Assembly (NCBI GenBank): GCA_913043225.1 | Contig: CAJWLU010000024.1 | Span: 1 to 53,502 of the forward strand | Direction: 5' to 3' | Length of the DNA: 53,502 nt | DNA from: an uncultured Acidobacteriota bacterium | Lineage (GTDB): Bacteria > Acidobacteriota > Vicinamibacteria > Vicinamibacterales > UBA8438 | Part shown: positions 49,114-53,502 of the stretch, piece by piece | Position numbering within the stretch: position 1 is the stretch's first letter | Layout: each line of letters begins with the position of its first letter | Program-made: the position numbers and the translations under genes | The notes under the pieces: model-generated | What the model saw: the letters and a program-made list of their open reading frames with translations, nothing else | Databases searched by the model: none | Told to the model about the DNA's origin: nothing

Positions 49114-49997
49114 GTCAGCTCTCCAGTTGCCGCGCCCTTGGACCTGGCGACCGCCTGCAACTGATCGGCGACGTCGACAACCTGTCGCATCGCGCCCGGC
49201 TGGTGGACGCGGACCATATGGGCACCCGCCAGCACCCCGGCAGCAACCGCCGCCGCAGTGCCCCACTCCCGACGCTCCGGCCCTTCGTCCTTCGCCGTCG
49301 CAAGGAACGACTTCCGGGAGGGTCCGATCAACACCGGCCGATCCAGCTCCGCCAGACGCTCAAGTTCGGCGAGCACCGCATAACTGTGCCGGGCCTTCTT
49401 CGCGAACCCTATGCCGGGGTCGACAATCAGCTGCTCTCGAGCCACACCAGCATCGGTGGCGACCCGGATCTGATGGTCCAGCTCAGCCACAACCTCGCCC
49501 GCCACATCCCAATAGGACGCGTCTCGATACATCTCCCGTGACCGGCCGCGTGTGTGCATCAGAATCAGCGGCGCCGCAGTGGCGGCCGCAACCTCAGCCA
49601 ATCTGGGTTCGTAGAGCAGCCCCGAGACGTCATTGACGATCGACGCCCCGGCCCCGATAGCTTCCCGCGCCACTTCGGCCTTGTAGGTGTCGATGGACAG
49701 CGGGACTCGTGCCCTGCCCGCCAAGCCGTCGAGCACCGGAATCACCCGGGCCAGTTCCTCGGCGGCTGGCAACACATGCGCTCCCGGCCGGGTCGACTCT
49801 CCACCAATATCCAGTATGTCGGCGCCGTCCGCCTCCATCGACAGGGCATGCTCGATGGCGTGGGCCGGCTCAAGACAACGTCCTCCATCGGAAAACGAAT
49901 CCGGCGTGACGTTGACGATGCCCATCACTAGCGTCCGGACGCCAAGATCGAGCCTGCGGCCATCTGGCAACGCTAGGGTGTAGCAAGACCGGGTCAT
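49110..49997 (-). CDS. folP: Dihydropteroate synthase
   Basis: NVTPDSFSDGG, GGESTRPG, DPGIGF, SRKSF, VRVH. Confidence 0.96.
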   Translation of the reverse strand: MTRSCYTLALPDGRRLDLGVRTLVMGIVNVTPDSFSDGGRCLEPAHAIEHALSMEADGADILDIGGESTRPGAHVLPAAEELARVIPVLDGLAGRARVPLSIDTYKAEVAREAIGAGASIVNDVSGLLYEPRLAEVAAATAAPLILMHTRGRSREMYRDASYWDVAGEVVAELDHQIRVATDAGVAREQLIVDPGIGFAKKARHSYAVLAELERLAELDRPVLIGPSRKSFLATAKDEGPERREWGTAAAVAAGVLAGAHMVRVHQPGAMRQVVDVADQLQAVARSKGAATGELT

Positions 49998-50076
49998 CTG
50001 CGCTCAACGCAAAGCAGCAACGGCCTGACCATAGCACCAGGGTCGGCTAAAGCGACCGACGGAACGCCGGTACGTC

Positions 50077-51975
50077 CTATTCCTGCGGTAGTGGCTTGCC
50101 AAGCGACGGTACGACCGGTGATGGCTCGGCTTCGGGGCTAGGGGGTTGATCGGTCGCGACCGGCTGGGCCGGAGGCGACTCCTCAAGCGGATCTCCCGCC
50201 ACGATCCGGAGAACCTGATCCCCAGACAGCACCTCGCGGGCCAGCAACTCCTCGGCGATCTGGAGCAGTTCGGCCTTCTTATCTTCGAGGATGCTCCGAG
50301 CACGATCGTAGTTCTCGGTGACAATCCGCTTGATTTCCTGGTCGATCTTGTTCGCTGTGTCCTCGCTGTAGTCCTTGTGCTGAGCGAAGTCTCGCCCGAG
50401 GAACACCTCTTCGTCCTTACGGCCAAATGTCAGCGGCCCCACGGCCTCGCTCATCCCCCACTCGCACACCATCCGGCGGGCGAGGTCGGTCACGCGGTCT
50501 AGATCGTTGCCGGCGCCGGTGGTCACGACCCGATTGGTAATCTCCTCGGCGATACGACCGCCGAGCAATACCGCAACCTGGTCGTACAGATAGGGGGTGG
50601 AATAGTTGTGCTTGTCATCCATCGGGATCTGCTGGGTCACCCCGAGCGCCATCCCCCGTGGAATGATCGTTACCTTGTGCACCGGGTCGGAGTGCTCGAG
50701 CACGACACCCAGCAAGGCATGGCCCGCCTCGTGCACTGCCGTAATCTGCTTCTCCTCTTCCGTGATGACGAGCGAGCGACGCTCGGAGCCCATCATCACC
50801 TTGTCCTTGGCGAACTCAAAATCCGCCATCGACACCGTTTTCTGGTTGTAACGCGCCGCGTTTAGCGCCGCTTCGTTCACCAGATTAGCAATGTCTGCAC
50901 CGCAGAAACCGGACGTGCCACGAGCCAAGACATGAATATCGACGTCATCCGACAGCGGAATCTTTCGAGTGTGCACTCCCAGGATTCCATCGCGCCCCTT
51001 AACGTCTGGCCGGTTCACGACGATGCGACGATCGAACCGTCCGGGACGTAGCAACGCCGGATCGAGCACGTCGGGCCGGTTGGTCGCCGAGACAAGAATC
51101 ACACCCTCGTTCGATTCGAAACCGTCCATCTCGACCAGGAGCTGATTCAGGGTCTGCTCCCGCTCGTCATGGCCGCCACCAAGGCCCGCTCCGCGATGCC
51201 GTCCTACAGCGTCGATCTCGTCGATGAACACGATGCACGGGGCGTTCTTCTTGCCCTGCTCAAAGAGGTCGCGGACACGGGAGGCACCAACCCCGACAAA
51301 CATCTCGACAAAGTCGGACCCACTGATCGAAAAGAACGGCACGTTGGCCTCACCAGCCACGGCCCGGGCCAGCAGGGTCTTACCGGTCCCCGGAGGACCC
51401 ATCAACAGAACGCCCTTGGGGATGCGTCCACCAAGTTTCTGGAACTTCTGGGGCTCACGCAGGAACTCAATGATCTCCTGCAGCTCTTCCTTCGGCTCGT
51501 CGACCCCGGCCACGTCCTTGAAGGTGACCTTCTTCTGCGTGCTCGAAGACAGCTTGGCCCGGCTCTTCCCAAACGAGAGCGCCTTGTTGCCCCCACTCTG
51601 GACCTGACGCATAAAGAAGACCCAAAACCCGATGATCAGCAGTATTGGCGCCCACGAATAGAGCAGCGTGGCCCACGGACTGGCCGCGGCCTCCCTGGCC
51701 TCGACCACCACATCGCGGTCGATCAGCAAATTCGCCAGACCCTCGTACTGCGGAGGAGCGTAGGTGCGGAACTGCTCGCCACTCGAAGAGGTGCCGATGA
51801 TCTCGTTCCCGGTCAGCTCGACCCGATCGACCTGCCCGGTGTTCACCCAACGGACGAACTCGCTGAAACTGACGGGTGTGTCCCCGGGCCGGAACTGGGA
51901 CGAGAGGTTCCAAATCAGGAACACTACGACTACCAGGACCATCCAGAACAACAAGCTTCGCGTCGTCGAGTTCAC
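50077..51975 (-). CDS. ftsH: ATP-dependent zinc metalloprotease FtsH
   Basis: 2 [28 protein letters not shown]. Confidence 0.98.
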   Translation of the reverse strand: MNSTTRSLLFWMVLVVVVFLIWNLSSQFRPGDTPVSFSEFVRWVNTGQVDRVELTGNEIIGTSSSGEQFRTYAPPQYEGLANLLIDRDVVVEAREAAASPWATLLYSWAPILLIIGFWVFFMRQVQSGGNKALSFGKSRAKLSSSTQKKVTFKDVAGVDEPKEELQEIIEFLREPQKFQKLGGRIPKGVLLMGPPGTGKTLLARAVAGEANVPFFSISGSDFVEMFVGVGASRVRDLFEQGKKNAPCIVFIDEIDAVGRHRGAGLGGGHDEREQTLNQLLVEMDGFESNEGVILVSATNRPDVLDPALLRPGRFDRRIVVNRPDVKGRDGILGVHTRKIPLSDDVDIHVLARGTSGFCGADIANLVNEAALNAARYNQKTVSMADFEFAKDKVMMGSERRSLVITEEEKQITAVHEAGHALLGVVLEHSDPVHKVTIIPRGMALGVTQQIPMDDKHNYSTPYLYDQVAVLLGGRIAEEITNRVVTTGAGNDLDRVTDLARRMVCEWGMSEAVGPLTFGRKDEEVFLGRDFAQHKDYSEDTANKIDQEIKRIVTENYDRARSILEDKKAELLQIAEELLAREVLSGDQVLRIVAGDPLEESPPAQPVATDQPPSPEAEPSPVVPSLGKPLPQE

Positions 51976-53393
51976 AAAACTTCCCCCAAAAGACTGACCT
52001 TTAAGATTATCACGCTTGCCGCATCGTTCGTGATCCTAAAGTCGTGACCGATGCCGTGTCCCGCCACCCATATGATGCGGTCCCGGGCATCCACCACAAG
52101 CGGAATCCTAGATCGCTCGGCGCGCTCCACTTTTCGATCCACGAACAGATCTTGGAGCTTCTTTCGATGCCCGCCGAGCCCAAGGGGACGAAAACGGTCC
52201 CCAGGCCGACGGTTCCTCACCGTGAGGACCCTCCCCACGTCTGCCCTCAAGGCCACCTCCATTTGATTCGCTTCTCTTCCCGCGCTGATGAAGCGGCCTT
52301 CCCGCTCCGCGCCCTCGATCAGTTCGGCGCCGACGGTTACCCCCAGCTCAGGAATGGCGACTGATCCTGGCACGTTGAGGTAATAGGCAAACTGACCTAC
52401 CGGCTCTGACCCGTGGCTGAGGTCCCGCGGGGTCAGGCGGAGATACCTGCCGTCCTCCTCGGCGCGACATCCAGGGAGATCGACCGCACCTCCAGGATAC
52501 TCGGCCAGCCGCCGGACCCTCTCTACCAGCTCGAATCCAGGAGACTTCGACGACACGTGGGCGAGTGCGTCGCGAACCACCCTACGGGCGAGCGCAGGAT
52601 GGGTGTCGGCCAGCCCCGCCCGATCGAGGAGCGACGCCCCTTCACTGGTTTGGACGAGGGTTCGGGCTAGTTCGTTTGCGCGGGACGCCAGATGGTCTTC
52701 ATCGTGCCGCAGGATCTCCGCTTCGCGCGCCAGCGTCTCGACCACGCGTGGGGAGTAGCGCAGGAGCTCCGGTAGGAGTTCGTGACGCACGCGATTACGG
52801 GGCACCGAGCGATCCTGATTCGTGGGGTCCTCTCGGAACGACGCGCCCTCCCCCGCCAGATACTCCCGGAGCTCGGCGCGCCGGATGTTAAGCAGCGGTC
52901 GGATTACGTGGTCCGTCCGGGGATGCATGCCGCTCAGCCCGGCCGCTCCCGCCCCGCGCAGCATCCTCAACAACACCGTCTCCGCCTGGTCGTCCATGGT
53001 ATGGCCGACCGCCACCCGAGCCGCACCGGTCTCCTCCAGGACCCGTTCGAACACGCTATAGCGCACCTCGTGCCCCGCTCGCTCGATCGAGATCCGCTCT
53101 CGGCGCGCCCACTCGGCAACCGCCTCGGTGTGGACAATACACGGCACGTCGAAACCGGAAGCAAGCTCGCGGCAAAACCGTTCATCGGCGTCGCCATCGG
53201 CCCCGCGCAGGCCGTGGTTGACATGTACGACTCCGGTCAGACGGATCCGACCCGCCCTGGCCAATTCATGCAGAAGGAGGAGGAGGGCTACCGAATCGCC
53301 CCCGCCCGACACGGCGGCCAGCACGGCCGCACCGTCGGGAACAAGGTGTCCCCGTGTCAGCGCGTCCGAGACCCGCTCTGCGAGTGGATGCAT
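51972..53393 (-). CDS. tilS: tRNA(Ile)-lysidine synthetase
   Basis: [34 protein letters not shown]-terminal GDRF..KKLQDLF. Confidence 0.96.
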   Translation of the reverse strand: MHPLAERVSDALTRGHLVPDGAAVLAAVSGGGDSVALLLLLHELARAGRIRLTGVVHVNHGLRGADGDADERFCRELASGFDVPCIVHTEAVAEWARRERISIERAGHEVRYSVFERVLEETGAARVAVGHTMDDQAETVLLRMLRGAGAAGLSGMHPRTDHVIRPLLNIRRAELREYLAGEGASFREDPTNQDRSVPRNRVRHELLPELLRYSPRVVETLAREAEILRHDEDHLASRANELARTLVQTSEGASLLDRAGLADTHPALARRVVRDALAHVSSKSPGFELVERVRRLAEYPGGAVDLPGCRAEEDGRYLRLTPRDLSHGSEPVGQFAYYLNVPGSVAIPELGVTVGAELIEGAEREGRFISAGREANQMEVALRADVGRVLTVRNRRPGDRFRPLGLGGHRKKLQDLFVDRKVERAERSRIPLVVDARDRIIWVAGHGIGHDFRITNDAASVIILKVSLLGEVL

Positions 53394-53450
53394 CTGAACC
53401 CGTCGGCGCGGCCGACCGTTGCTGGCGGCGGCCGCCCGAAGGGCGATAAA

Positions 53451-53502
53451 TGGTGCCGGTGCAGGGACTTGAACCCCGGACGCCGCGGATATGAGCCGCG
53501 TG
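53451..53502 (-). tRNA. tRNA with CAT anticodon, probably elongator tRNA-Met (5' part outside window)
   Basis: Minus strand CGCGG-CTCATAT-CCGCG anticodon arm, GGTTCAAGTCC T-arm, CACCGGC-A-CCA end. Confidence 0.9.

Noticed and set aside
53394..53502. Integrative element at the tRNA 3' end
   Set aside because: tilS follows directly; no integrase or duplicated tRNA 3' end seen

Overview
High-GC diderm bacterial chromosome segment; gene content and protein style suggest Acidobacteriota, possibly Vicinamibacterales-like (inference, no database check). Bases 1-12.3 kb are an accessory envelope region: the 5' end of a TonB-dependent receptor-type gene, an ~850 bp hairpin-rich intergenic region, a Cys-loop outer-membrane beta-barrel, and a TPR lipoprotein / ASPIC-UnbV / UnbU-RnfD-like-Sel1 operon bracketed by two GT-C+TPR glycosyltransferases (one fused to a decaying J-domain) plus a cytochrome c. 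The rest is mostly core: hemL, ispG, MATE, rseP-dxr-cdsA-uppS-truA-pyrE, LPS glycosyltransferases, divergent pyrRBC and pyrKDF with a PyrR element, pal, a Gld-like ABC system, queCE, nth, pdxJ, glmM-cdaR-cdaA-folP-ftsH-tilS and a partial tRNA-CAT. Best second-look items: an unexplained multi-hairpin RNA in the MATE leader (17315-17548), the UnbV/UnbU/GT-C locus, a minimal microcompartment locus with no aldehyde dehydrogenase (41.2-44.3 kb), an orphan LysW-like protein, and several 5'-stub gene remnants. No CRISPR array, integrase or transposase was seen.
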